Below the pieces are notes generated by a model that was given only the letters and a program-made list of their open reading frames with translations, was not told the DNA's origin and did no database searches. Source: Promethearchaeota archaeon (lineage in GTDB: Archaea > Asgardarchaeota > Lokiarchaeia > Sigyniarchaeales > SOKP01). From it: a DNA stretch of 16,559 nucleotides. Both the position numbers and the translations under genes were made by a program. Each line of letters starts with the position of its first letter. The first letter of the stretch is position 1. Location: the NCBI GenBank assembly GCA_004524535.1, contig SDNY01000079.1, positions 1 to 16,559 on the forward strand, read 5' to 3'. Of the stretch, positions 1-9,422 are shown one piece after another.

Positions 1-101
1 ACTTTTTTAGCTATTTGAGTATGAGTAAGACTAGGTTGGTCTTGAATTAAATTAATAATTTGCTTATCAATCTCATCTATCTTTAATACTTCGGACATCA
101 T
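1..101 (-). CDS. Lrp/AsnC-type winged-helix transcriptional regulator, N-terminal part (runs off the window start)
   Basis: Manual translation from ATG at 101 (or 98): MMSEVLKIDEIDKQIINLIQDQPSLTHTQIAKK, matching the 'lDeiDk.Il..Lq.d......eIAk' AsnC HTH start. Not in the ORF track. Confidence 0.8.
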   Translation of the reverse strand, partial: MMSEVLKIDEIDKQIINLIQDQPSLTHTQIAKK

Positions 102-144
102 TCTTTTAAATCACTTTTCATTTGATATTATTTTATATATAGAT

Positions 145-180
145 ATATCGTCATATCGGCAGATGACTATATGCCGATAT
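145..180. promoter_or_regulatory. Imperfect 36-bp palindrome, candidate transcription factor operator
   Basis: ATATCGTCATATCGGCAG/ATGACTATATGCCGATAT: the halves match 14/18 as an inverted repeat, with a perfect ATATCGGCA (153-161) / TGCCGATAT (172-180) pair. Lies about 45 bp upstream of the AsnC-type gene. Confidence 0.5.
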
Positions 181-524
181 AATAATATTAACCACTTTCA
201 TATTTAAACTTTTTTGTTCGTGATTTAATTTAAAAAAATGAATAAAGCAAGGGCATAATAATTATTTGTCTTCAAATTAATGACAATTCTTTTTGGAAGA
301 TCTTAAATGTTCTTGAGGATAAATTCAGAGGTTAAAAATCATCTGAATTATTCTTACGGAAAAATCAGAGAAAAAAAAGAATCCAAAAGACAAAAATCCA
401 GATCTCTCTCTTAAAAAATCTCACTTAATAATTATTTTAAATTAAAGTTTTTAAAGTAAGACAAATTGGCTTCTTCTGTGTCTTCTTTAACAAGAATGTG
501 TATCGGAATCAGATCTAAGTTTGA

Positions 525-794
525 CTCTTCAAGGGTTTTAATGTTAAAAAATTTCAAGACTTTCTGGAGTCACTTAAAAATTATGTGGTATCCCCTAAGG
601 CTAGTTTAGAAAATATTGGATGTCAAAATAGATTTATTATACAAAAAGATGCAGAAAAAGTCTTAGAAAATTTTATAAAATACTGGGATAGAAGTGGATT
701 TCATAGGACTCTTATTCAAGGAGATCATAAAAGAAAGTTAAAAAATCTGGCTAAATTAATAGGAATGGATTATGTTGAAGAAGATAAAGACTAA
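525..794 (+). pseudogene. Orphan C-terminal fragment resembling L-fucose/L-arabinose isomerase-like proteins
   Basis: Frame open from 525. The ending GCQNRF...FHRTLIQGDHKRKLKNLAKLIGMD resembles the 'C..........H..l..GD....l..la.llg' tail of that family. No N-terminal part or convincing start. Confidence 0.35.
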
Positions 795-822
795 TATTAT
801 GTTGAAGAAGATAAAGCTTAAT
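769..822 (+). repeat. 27-bp tandem duplication
   Basis: ATTATGTTGAAGAAGATAAAG(AC/CT)TAAT at 769-795 and 796-822, 25/27 identical, spanning the stop codon of the fragment. Confidence 0.9.
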
Positions 823-1107
823 ATCCCATCCACGCAACAAATCCACATGACTTTATAAATATAAATTAAATAAAAATATATTTTGCTTACACTTATTCCA
901 AATAAGATAAAACATCTTTCTACTATAAATTTGAATATATTATCTTTATTTTTTGCTATGTTTTTTTGGGAATTTCAAATTAATGAAGAAGTTAGATAAC
1001 TTTTGTGAACTCAAAAGACTAATAATTTATTAGTAAAATCTTTAAAAACTTTTATCCCTTTCAAAAGAACAAATAAAGATTTTTTAACGGTTTTAGGCGA
1101 TTAAAAA

Positions 1108-1443
1108 ATTTCTGAGCTAACTGAAAAAATAGCAGACTTTTTGAAAGTATTAGGAGACCAAACGCGTCTTGAAGTATTAGAATTATTAAAAAATGGAGAA
1201 AAGACTTCAAAAGAAATTGAAGATACATTGGATAAAAGTCAATCTACAATTTCCCAACATTTAAAAATACTTATTGATATGGAACTCATTGATTTTGAGA
1301 AGAAAGGAAATAAGAACTATTATAACATAAAATACGATTATGTTTTCAAAATTCTTACATTTGTACAATCGTTTGTTATTACTTTACATAAAGAGAAGTT
1401 GAAGAAAGCAGCAGATTTGGATATATATGACACTCTATTTTAA
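1108..1443 (+). CDS. ArsR/SmtB family transcriptional regulator
   Basis: FLKVLGDQTRLEVLELL...SQSTISQHLKIL...YY is the ArsR HTH signature. The ORF track starts at TTG 1141, but the frame is open from 1105. ATT at 1108 follows SD-like AGGCGAT and restores helix 1 (SELTEKIADFLKVLGD). Start uncertain. Confidence 0.88.
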   Translation: MSELTEKIADFLKVLGDQTRLEVLELLKNGEKTSKEIEDTLDKSQSTISQHLKILIDMELIDFEKKGNKNYYNIKYDYVFKILTFVQSFVITLHKEKLKKAADLDIYDTLF

Positions 1444-1471
1444 TTATTAAAAAAAACACGAGATTAAAAGA

Positions 1472-2008
1472 ATGACAAAATCTAACCCTAAAAAAATTAT
1501 ATTTATTGGGCTCGATAATGCGGGAAAAACATCGATAGTTAAATGTTTATCAGGAACAAAAAAGTTAGATAGTTTTTGTGAAATTAAACCTACAAAAGGA
1601 AATGAGATAATATCAATCAAGATATCGGATTCCGAGTTCAATATATGGGATTTAGGAGGCCAAGAATCCTTTAGAAAGGAATATTTAAGTGATTTTGATA
1701 GATATATATTTGGGTGTAATAAATTAATTTTTGTTTTTGATATTCAAGATTCAAAAAGATACGAGTTAGCTTTGCAGTATTTTGAAAAGATAATTAACTT
1801 ACTTGAAGATAATATTAAAAATAATAATATCAAAATATCTATTTTTTTACACAAATTTGACTCTGATTTAATTAAAACTGATGCTTTTAATAAGAAAATA
1901 ACTAGTTTGAAAGATAAAATTAAAGAGAAATTAGATAGTACTGATTTTTTTTATCAGATTTTCAACACAACAATTTATGCAATTTTCGAAAAGAGGGTAA
2001 CAGAGTAA
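1472..2008 (+). CDS. Small GTPase, Arf-like/Rag(Gtr)-like Asgard type
   Basis: G1 GLDNAGKTS, G2 PT, G3 WDLGGQ, G4 HKFD, G5-like TTIY; 178 aa. Confidence 0.92.
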   Translation: MTKSNPKKIIFIGLDNAGKTSIVKCLSGTKKLDSFCEIKPTKGNEIISIKISDSEFNIWDLGGQESFRKEYLSDFDRYIFGCNKLIFVFDIQDSKRYELALQYFEKIINLLEDNIKNNNIKISIFLHKFDSDLIKTDAFNKKITSLKDKIKEKLDSTDFFYQIFNTTIYAIFEKRVTE

Positions 2009-2035
2009 ACTACTACTTTTACTATATCAATGGTA

Positions 2036-2908
2036 TTATAATAAATTTAAAATTTTTTCTCTATAAACTGCTAAATCAAGCGGATTTCTTTCTTTTATTT
2101 GTTTTGAGGCTTCTTTGAGTATTTCCTTTATTTTCAAAGAATTAAAATAGCTGATTTTCGGAGCAATCACTCCTAACATATATTCTCTTTTATTTGACCT
2201 AGTAGAAGGCTCTGGATATGAATCGAACAGAATGTAACCATTTTTTTTAATATTGTCAATATGAAGTAGCATACCTTCGGCCTTTGTTATTAATTCATGC
2301 CCATAAATACTCACTGTTGCCTGAAATAATTGTTGACCAACTTGGTTGATTGAAAACGGGAAGCTTCCCTCTCTAGGAAAACAATCCCGGACCGTAGGGC
2401 CCAGGTGATCGTCCCAAAAAACCGATACCAAGATCACCTGATCTTTATCCTCTTCTGAAATAGATTGCATTTCATCCTTACTAAGTGATGACACCATTTC
2501 TTCAATTTCCTTATTTATAGAATAAATTTTTTTTTTACGAGCAAGTTTTCCAGATATTACTGCGAGTAAATCCTGTTCTTTAAAGGGTTTAGTGATATAA
2601 TCGTCTACCCCTAGCATTTTTCCAAATCGGATATCATTTGGGGAAGCCTTAGCTGTTAGAAACAAAAAAGGAATGGTTCCCCATCTTGGATCCTCAGAAA
2701 TCGTTTTAAAAAAGTCGTAACCATCCAATTCCGGCATCATAATGTCACTTAAAATGATTTCTGGATTTTTCTTTAGTGTTGAGAGAACATCAATGGCATC
2801 TTTTCCATTTTTTGCAGTAATCACTTGGTAATTATTGGATTCTAATAATAGTTTTATATTGAACAAAATATCTTCATTGTCTTCCACAACTAGTATTAGC
2901 GGGTTCAA
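2036..2908 (-). CDS. Response regulator: receiver domain plus C-terminal longin/uDENN-like domain
   Basis: Receiver motifs VVEDN, LSDIMMPELDG, FLTAK, YITKPF. The C-terminal domain begins VILVSVFWDDHLGPTVRDCFP, resembling the 'FD...GP.....P' longin/uDENN start (domain call is inference). Confidence 0.88.
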   Translation of the reverse strand: MNPLILVVEDNEDILFNIKLLLESNNYQVITAKNGKDAIDVLSTLKKNPEIILSDIMMPELDGYDFFKTISEDPRWGTIPFLFLTAKASPNDIRFGKMLGVDDYITKPFKEQDLLAVISGKLARKKKIYSINKEIEEMVSSLSKDEMQSISEEDKDQVILVSVFWDDHLGPTVRDCFPREGSFPFSINQVGQQLFQATVSIYGHELITKAEGMLLHIDNIKKNGYILFDSYPEPSTRSNKREYMLGVIAPKISYFNSLKIKEILKEASKQIKERNPLDLAVYREKILNLL

Positions 2909-2965
2909 ATTTAAGTCACTCTTTTTTAATATTAAATATTTTTGCCGATAATTATTTTATTTTTT

Positions 2966-4909
2966 TCATCCTTTATTTTTATTACTATGAAAAAATACTG
3001 AAAAAGTAGAGCCTTTTCCGTACTCACTCTCAACAAATATTTTTCCATCATGAAATTGTGTTAGCTCCTTTGCAATAGCTAACCCCAGCCCCGTACCACT
3101 AATGTCCCTCACATCTTCTGACCTAAAAAACCGTTCAAATAATTTTGGTATTTCTTCCTTACGAATACCTCTTCCATAATCTTTGAATTGAAACAGAAGT
3201 CCCATAAATTCTTTAGAATCAGTAATATATTTGTAGTTTTCTATTGCTTTAATCTCAATCTTTGTATTCTCATGAGAATATTTTATCGCATTATCAATTA
3301 ATATCCGAAAGATCTCCTCAATAATACTTGAATCCCCAAATAATTGAATCCCTTTATGCACTTCAACTTCAATATTTATATTTTTCTCTTTTAGACGAGG
3401 TTCCATCAGATCTATAATTTCATGAATGACTTCCAATGGATAGAAATCTTTCCATTCAATTTTTAATTTTTCTTCATCAATTTTTGAAAGTGTGAGAATA
3501 TCCTCAACCAATTCATTAAGTGCTGTGATATTTCTAGAAAGTCCTTCTAATAATTTTTCCTCTACCTCTGGTGTGAGCTTCTGCTTTTGATTTTTTAAAT
3601 ATTCTATTGACATAATCAACACCGTTATAGGCGTCCGCAATTCATGGGAAACAGTTGAAACAAACTCCTCTAATTTTTGTTCTGCCTTTTTACGTTCAGT
3701 GATATCTCTCCCTACAACAACAATATATTTAAGATTACCTTCTTCATCATTTATATTTGTTCCAATATATTCAAAAGGGATCGATTTTCCATCTTTAGTG
3801 ATTAGGTTCATTTCAACTAAAGTTTTTCCTTCTTTTTTTACATCTTCAATTGCTACTGCTGCTTTTTTTAAATCTTCTTCGTTATAATATGAAATTGGTG
3901 CTGGCATTGAAGAAATTTCTTCATCACTATAACCGCTGACTTCTCTGAATGCTTTATTCCATATTAAAGCCTTTCCAGTAGATGGATCAAATATGAAGAA
4001 GGAGTCTCTCTGTGAGTTTAATGCAGTTTCGGTGAATCTTTTTTCTTCCCGTAGCGAAATTTCACTACGCTTTAATTTTCTAAATAAAAGATTAAAAGGA
4101 TTTTCTAGTCCAATTTCGATAATTGCTCTGTATAAGAGAAAGAATGCGACAATCTTAAAAAGGTGTCCGATTAAATTAGAGAGATCATAAGTGCTTACAT
4201 AAAAAGTGAAGGCCAACTCGGCAATCATTGTTGAAATGATTGAACCCACGATAAAAATAAATATTTTTTTGTTAAATTCTTTCCGAACTTTATACATTAT
4301 AAATACAGTCAAAAAAAGAATGGAAATGATTATATACTCACTGATAATCTTAAAGGGTGTCAATCCTGAACCTTCAATATAACAGTTAGGAAAAAGCCTA
4401 TTGAAAATTAGGAATATCAATAGAGAAGTAATAATTGTATATATAAGAATTAAATCATTTGTATTTACTTTTTTATTAACAACTAAAGCTGCATATAAAA
4501 AAGAAAAGGCTTGAAGATATCTCGCAGCAATCCACAGCTGTGTAGGAAGATTTGAACCGTATCCTGTAAATATTCCCATTCCAGTATAAGCTAGTGTGTG
4601 GAGTAAATCCATAAAGCCAATAAAAATAAATGATATGCCAACAACCAAAAAGAAAGAATTATCTATATTTTTTCGGCTATTCCATGCGATTACAAATATT
4701 CCGCCAGCAATAATAATACTAAATAGTTCAGCTATAGTATGGAAAAGAAGATAACTATAAAGAGAGGTTAAAGCTGTAGCTAATAAGATTAAAGAAAGAA
4801 TACCAAGCTCTATATAATCTTTTCTTATTCTAGATTGAACTCCTATGCTGTTGTTATTTACAATTTTATCTTCACTAACAAATTCAGAATTATCTCGTAG
4901 ATTTAACAT
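2966..4909 (-). CDS. Membrane sensor histidine kinase (MASE3-PAS-HisKA-HATPase)
   Basis: MASE3-type motifs FHTIAELFS, DLLHTLAY.GM, TQLWIAAR; PAS/PAC ending GRDITERK; H-box SHELRTP; N-box NAIKYS; G-boxes DYGRGI, GTGLGL. Confidence 0.93.
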   Translation of the reverse strand: MLNLRDNSEFVSEDKIVNNNSIGVQSRIRKDYIELGILSLILLATALTSLYSYLLFHTIAELFSIIIAGGIFVIAWNSRKNIDNSFFLVVGISFIFIGFMDLLHTLAYTGMGIFTGYGSNLPTQLWIAARYLQAFSFLYAALVVNKKVNTNDLILIYTIITSLLIFLIFNRLFPNCYIEGSGLTPFKIISEYIIISILFLTVFIMYKVRKEFNKKIFIFIVGSIISTMIAELAFTFYVSTYDLSNLIGHLFKIVAFFLLYRAIIEIGLENPFNLLFRKLKRSEISLREEKRFTETALNSQRDSFFIFDPSTGKALIWNKAFREVSGYSDEEISSMPAPISYYNEEDLKKAAVAIEDVKKEGKTLVEMNLITKDGKSIPFEYIGTNINDEEGNLKYIVVVGRDITERKKAEQKLEEFVSTVSHELRTPITVLIMSIEYLKNQKQKLTPEVEEKLLEGLSRNITALNELVEDILTLSKIDEEKLKIEWKDFYPLEVIHEIIDLMEPRLKEKNINIEVEVHKGIQLFGDSSIIEEIFRILIDNAIKYSHENTKIEIKAIENYKYITDSKEFMGLLFQFKDYGRGIRKEEIPKLFERFFRSEDVRDISGTGLGLAIAKELTQFHDGKIFVESEYGKGSTFSVFFHSNKNKG

Positions 4910-5092
4910 TAAATCTCGTTTTAGAACTTATTAAAATATAAATTGATAAGGATTTTATTTCTGTTTTTTTATTTTTTTGTTAAATATATTCAATATTAAA
5001 AAAAAATCCTAAATCTTTATAGTTAATTATCTAGTTTTTTCCAAGATATTAATATTAACTTAATATAAAATATACTTCAACTTAAAATACTC

Positions 5093-5106
5093 AAAAAAAA
5101 AAAAAA
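5093..5106 (-). terminator. U-tract, archaeal-type intrinsic terminator candidate
   Basis: 14 consecutive T on the minus strand, about 15 nt after the stop codon of 5121..5528. Confidence 0.45.
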
Positions 5107-5120
5107 GTAATATAAATTGA

Positions 5121-5528
5121 TTAAAACACCCACAGGGTGAATCCGATAAGGAGCCCAATAGCTAAGATTATAAGAATTATTATTATAACTGCCGCAATCA
5201 CCGCTATAATTGTTACAAAGATCGCAGTGCCAAATCCAATTTCATGACGTTTTGCGATTATTATCCAACATATAATTAAACCAATTATTATTGCAACAAT
5301 CAACCAAATAAATGCGTTTGAAAACCAATTAAACAGAACAATCAATAACCACATGACTATCGTACAGATAAGAGCTGTGGCGAATACGCTACCGAATTCC
5401 GTCTTCTCTGAATCAACGAAAGCTAAACCAATTTTAAGAAATATCGTTAAGAAAATTAAAAAGAAGACGAAAATTAGGATATATATTATAATAAGCCATA
5501 TCAGAGTTCCTGTTACTTGTAATATCAT
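5121..5528 (-). CDS. Hypothetical integral membrane protein (about 4 TM helices)
   Basis: 135 aa with four long hydrophobic segments and an internal repeat (EFGSVFATALI / GFGTAIFVTII). Confidence 0.75.
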   Translation of the reverse strand: MILQVTGTLIWLIIIYILIFVFFLIFLTIFLKIGLAFVDSEKTEFGSVFATALICTIVMWLLIVLFNWFSNAFIWLIVAIIIGLIICWIIIAKRHEIGFGTAIFVTIIAVIAAVIIIILIILAIGLLIGFTLWVF

Positions 5529-5820
5529 TTTTACTAATCCCTATCAAAAATTAATTTATTCTTTATTTTTATTAAAATTAGAATTGTAATACTTTATTCT
5601 TAAGTATTTATAAATCTATTCTCTATAATATATTGGTTTTTATAGAGAACTCCTACAAATTGGTCAATTTTAAAACATTTATAAGTTCTTATTAATCTGA
5701 AATTTTTGAGCATCAATCAATGATTTTTGTCGACGTAATGATTTAATAGAAATATATTATGCATTTTGTTTTACTTTCATTTTCCTCTCTCTATCTCCAA
5801 GAAAAAAGCTTTATCTTATT

Positions 5821-6786
5821 TTATATAAGAAATTTGCCCTCTTTTTGAATTAATTTTCCGTCAATTTCTATGGTGGTCTTATCCATAACTCCATCGTGAT
5901 GGATATTACTATATGTGTTCCCACCTATGTTTATATTCTTCCCGATAGCCAAGTGAGAAGTAGACTTCAAACATTTATCTCCTACAGTTCCAGTTGTATG
6001 CTTAACGGTGTGATTAGTCCCTATTCCCAACTCTGCAATGTTATTTCCATTCTCATCTGCTGCTTCGATAATCGCTCGTATCTTATCCGCTTCTTCAGCC
6101 CCTTCAATTTTCACTGCTCGTCCATTTTCAATTAATATATTTACGGGAGTTTTAATAGCACCAACTTTTTCGAAAAACACATCTATTATCCATATGCCTT
6201 GAGCAGTCCCCTCAACAGGAGCTATCGCCGCTTCTGAGTATTCAGGCACGGCCCCCCATGCTCCGGGAACAACATGTCTAACACTTAACGGAGCAGAAAT
6301 CCTATCCTTTATAGATAATACAACATCAGTACCTAAGTGAGTAGAAATTCTCGCTTCTTCCCCATTTGTTAATATTTCTGATAATTTTTCCGTTAATTCA
6401 GTAATTTCATACACATCTTCGCTCGTAATATTAGGGTTAATGTAAGGGACACCTCCTACTCTTGCCCCTGCATCTGTAGCTGCTCGCCTTGCATTCATAT
6501 GAAGAAATAGTTGTATCGTACTATAGGGTAGAACCCCTAAAATTACATTTGATTTAAGCATTTTCTGACTTACTTCTTCAGGGGGTTCTATTAGCATCTC
6601 TTTATTTGCATCTACATTAACTGTAGTTACTTCTGCACCTAAAGCCTCTGCTTCTTCAGCTAAAAGAACTGCATTTTTTTTAAAACCTCTTGAGGTGATA
6701 ATTAATACCTTTTCATTCGGTTTTATTCCCATGCATGTTTCCACAATAACCCGTGCTCCTTTTCTGTAATCTAATTTCTTACTCAT
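5821..6786 (-). CDS. Aminopeptidase T-like (peptidase M29-related) metallo-hydrolase
   Basis: IKPNEKVLIIT at the N-terminus; P..EAAIAPVEGTAQG, NIAELGIGTN, HLAIGKN...GG...SNIHHD; SD GGAGGT upstream. Confidence 0.85.
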   Translation of the reverse strand: MSKKLDYRKGARVIVETCMGIKPNEKVLIITSRGFKKNAVLLAEEAEALGAEVTTVNVDANKEMLIEPPEEVSQKMLKSNVILGVLPYSTIQLFLHMNARRAATDAGARVGGVPYINPNITSEDVYEITELTEKLSEILTNGEEARISTHLGTDVVLSIKDRISAPLSVRHVVPGAWGAVPEYSEAAIAPVEGTAQGIWIIDVFFEKVGAIKTPVNILIENGRAVKIEGAEEADKIRAIIEAADENGNNIAELGIGTNHTVKHTTGTVGDKCLKSTSHLAIGKNINIGGNTYSNIHHDGVMDKTTIEIDGKLIQKEGKFLI

Positions 6787-6950
6787 TTTGCATGTACCTC
6801 CTTTGTTAAAAAATTTATTTTGATAACATTAAATCTTAATTAGTTCAAATTTTATGAGAAATAATAATTTTTATATAGATTTTATAAGGGGATATTTTTT
6901 CAAATTAGAACTAAACCTTATATCGCGTTCTAAAATAGCGTAAAGTTATT

Positions 6951-9230
6951 TTATATCGCTTTTGGAATTAAAACACTAAAATTAGAACCCTTCGTATAAT
7001 CCCCTTTTACTTTATTTTCGATCCAGATTTTTCCATTATAAATATCTATTAATTGTTTAACAAGCGATAATCCTATTCCCAATCCCCTTACCTTACCATT
7101 TCTTTTAGTTACTCTCTGGAATAATATATCTTTTCTTTCGTCTGGGATCCCAATTCCATTGTCTATGAATTCAAATTTTAAGTAATTTATATGATTTTTT
7201 TGCTCTTCAGAAATTTTAACTAGAATTTCAATTTCAGGATTTATGTTATGCTTTACGCCATTGATTAATATATTTTCAAAGAGATCCAATATGAGATCAT
7301 TTGCTTTAACAAAATATTTTTTACTTTGAGTATCAACTTCGATTTTAACTTTTCTACCTTGAAAACTCTTGTAGACAAATTTAATTGCATCCTCTAAAAT
7401 ACTGATAACTTCAATAGGTTCTGTCAATATTTCAGTTTCTTCAAGTTCAGATAATTTTATAATATTTGAAACAATGGATGCTCCTCTAAACACTTGTTTT
7501 GTAATTAAATTTAATAAATTTCTCCTATCTTTAAGATATTCGGGTTTATTTTGAAACATTGCATATAATTCTACAGATGATTGGATTGTTTGAAGTAAGT
7601 TATTCATATCATGAGCAATTAATTCTTTATAAAAGTTAGCCCGATCGTAAGCATTGCGATATTTATCTTCTGATTCTCGGAGATCCCTCTCGATTTTTTT
7701 TCTCTTAGTTATATCTCTCCCTACGGATACGATTAGAGGATCACCGTCTACACTTTTAAAAGTTCTTGCTGTATATTCAAATGGAATGCTACGACCATCT
7801 TTAGTAATAAGCGACATTTCAACAGTCGTTTTTTCCTCACTTAATACTTTTTCTATAGCTTTTGCTGCACATTTTAAATCTTCTTCACTATAATAAGAAT
7901 CAGGAGCTTTCAATGATGCAATCTCATCATCAGTATAACCAGTAATATCGCTAAAAGCTTTATTCCACTTTATGGCTCTCCCTGTTTGGGGTTCAAATAC
8001 GAAAATCGTATCAATTGAGGTATTTAATACATTATCAGTAAACTCTTTTATAGCTTTTAAAGCCTCATATGCGTTCTTTCTTTGTGTTATATCCTGAGCA
8101 ATAGCTATAACAAATATATTATCATCTTTCTTGATTATCGAACTTTGATAATTTATCCATGCTAAACTTCCATCCTTTTTTTTTATTTGGATTTCTATAG
8201 GCTTTAATTTTTTTCCTTCAAGAACATCCTTATATCTCTTTTTAAATAAGGAGATTTGTTCATTAGTGTAAATTCCAAGTTCCCTATATTTTTTGCCAAT
8301 AACTTCATCTCTATTATAACCATAAATTTTTTCAGTAGCAGGATTAACATCTAATATTGTCCCTTTTCTATTAACTAAAGTAATGGAATTAGGCGATTCC
8401 TCATATAAATGTCGGTATTTAGTTTCAGATTCTTTAAGTGCTTTTTCTATTTTTTTTCTATTAGAAATATCCCTAGAGACTCCCAATATTCCAATTGCGT
8501 TTCCATTTTCATTACGCATAAAGGTAATTGTCATCTCCACATCGATAATAGACCCATTTTTATGTATCTGCTCTGTTTCAAAGGTGCGAGAACGTATTAA
8601 ATCTTTATCTTTCTTTCTTTCCAATCTCATTTCTTCTTTAAAGATATTAACAATTTTTTTTAGGGAAGATGGGGCTACAGTCTTATTAATTGGTAGATTT
8701 TTGGCTTCCTTTATAGTATATCCGAGTATTTTTGGACATGAAGGGCTTATATATGTCAATTTTAAATTCATATCAGTTGTCCAAACAACATCATCTGCGT
8801 TTTCCGTAATTAATCGATATCTCTCTTCACTTTTTTTTAATTTTTGGTCAGCACGTTTTTGCTCAGTAATGTCTATGACAATTGCTCTTAAGCCTATAGG
8901 TTTATTTTCACGAATAATGAGACCTGTATAGACAAGAATAGGGAATGTAGTTCCATCTTTTCTCAAACCAGTATATTCGACACCATTTAACTTTTCTCTG
9001 TTTAATATTCTTAATATATTTTTCATCGCTCTATCATGATCTTCAGCAACAAGCACATCAAATACCTTCATACCTCTATTCAAATCTTCGGGGGTATAAC
9101 CAAATTTTTCGAACCCGATTTTATTAACATATGTGAATATGCCTTTATTATCAAGTTCGCAAATAATTTGAGGTAATAAATTAAGAATTTCGTCAAAATT
9201 ATTATCTTTTTCTTGTGTTTTTACTCCCAA
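6951..9230 (-). CDS. Cytoplasmic multi-PAS (4x) sensor histidine kinase
   Basis: Four PAS/PAC repeats ending DITEQK, DISNRK, DITQRK, DITKRK; H-box AHDMNN; N-box NGVKHN; DNGIGI and GLGIGL. Confidence 0.93.
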   Translation of the reverse strand: MGVKTQEKDNNFDEILNLLPQIICELDNKGIFTYVNKIGFEKFGYTPEDLNRGMKVFDVLVAEDHDRAMKNILRILNREKLNGVEYTGLRKDGTTFPILVYTGLIIRENKPIGLRAIVIDITEQKRADQKLKKSEERYRLITENADDVVWTTDMNLKLTYISPSCPKILGYTIKEAKNLPINKTVAPSSLKKIVNIFKEEMRLERKKDKDLIRSRTFETEQIHKNGSIIDVEMTITFMRNENGNAIGILGVSRDISNRKKIEKALKESETKYRHLYEESPNSITLVNRKGTILDVNPATEKIYGYNRDEVIGKKYRELGIYTNEQISLFKKRYKDVLEGKKLKPIEIQIKKKDGSLAWINYQSSIIKKDDNIFVIAIAQDITQRKNAYEALKAIKEFTDNVLNTSIDTIFVFEPQTGRAIKWNKAFSDITGYTDDEIASLKAPDSYYSEEDLKCAAKAIEKVLSEEKTTVEMSLITKDGRSIPFEYTARTFKSVDGDPLIVSVGRDITKRKKIERDLRESEDKYRNAYDRANFYKELIAHDMNNLLQTIQSSVELYAMFQNKPEYLKDRRNLLNLITKQVFRGASIVSNIIKLSELEETEILTEPIEVISILEDAIKFVYKSFQGRKVKIEVDTQSKKYFVKANDLILDLFENILINGVKHNINPEIEILVKISEEQKNHINYLKFEFIDNGIGIPDERKDILFQRVTKRNGKVRGLGIGLSLVKQLIDIYNGKIWIENKVKGDYTKGSNFSVLIPKAI

Positions 9231-9422
9231 TATATAGCACCTAATTTTCTTTGTATATTTATTAGATTATTAAATAAGAAATATTTAAAATTATCCTCAT
9301 GAAATTATAAGATTTCTATGGAAAAATGGAATTAGTTTTTAAAATAATTAGATAGAAAAATTTAAGGAAATTAAAAGAAGATATTTTTCCAGAGACAAGA
9401 ATTAATTAATATTTAGGGATCA

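Noticed and set aside
769-822. CRISPR-like repeat
   Set aside because: Only two adjacent copies with no spacer and no cas genes; a simple tandem duplication.
1090-1125. Third BHB intron covering the TAA upstream of the ArsR gene
   Set aside because: I could not build a clean 4-bp helix with two 3-nt bulges, and no upstream exon with a start codon was evident.
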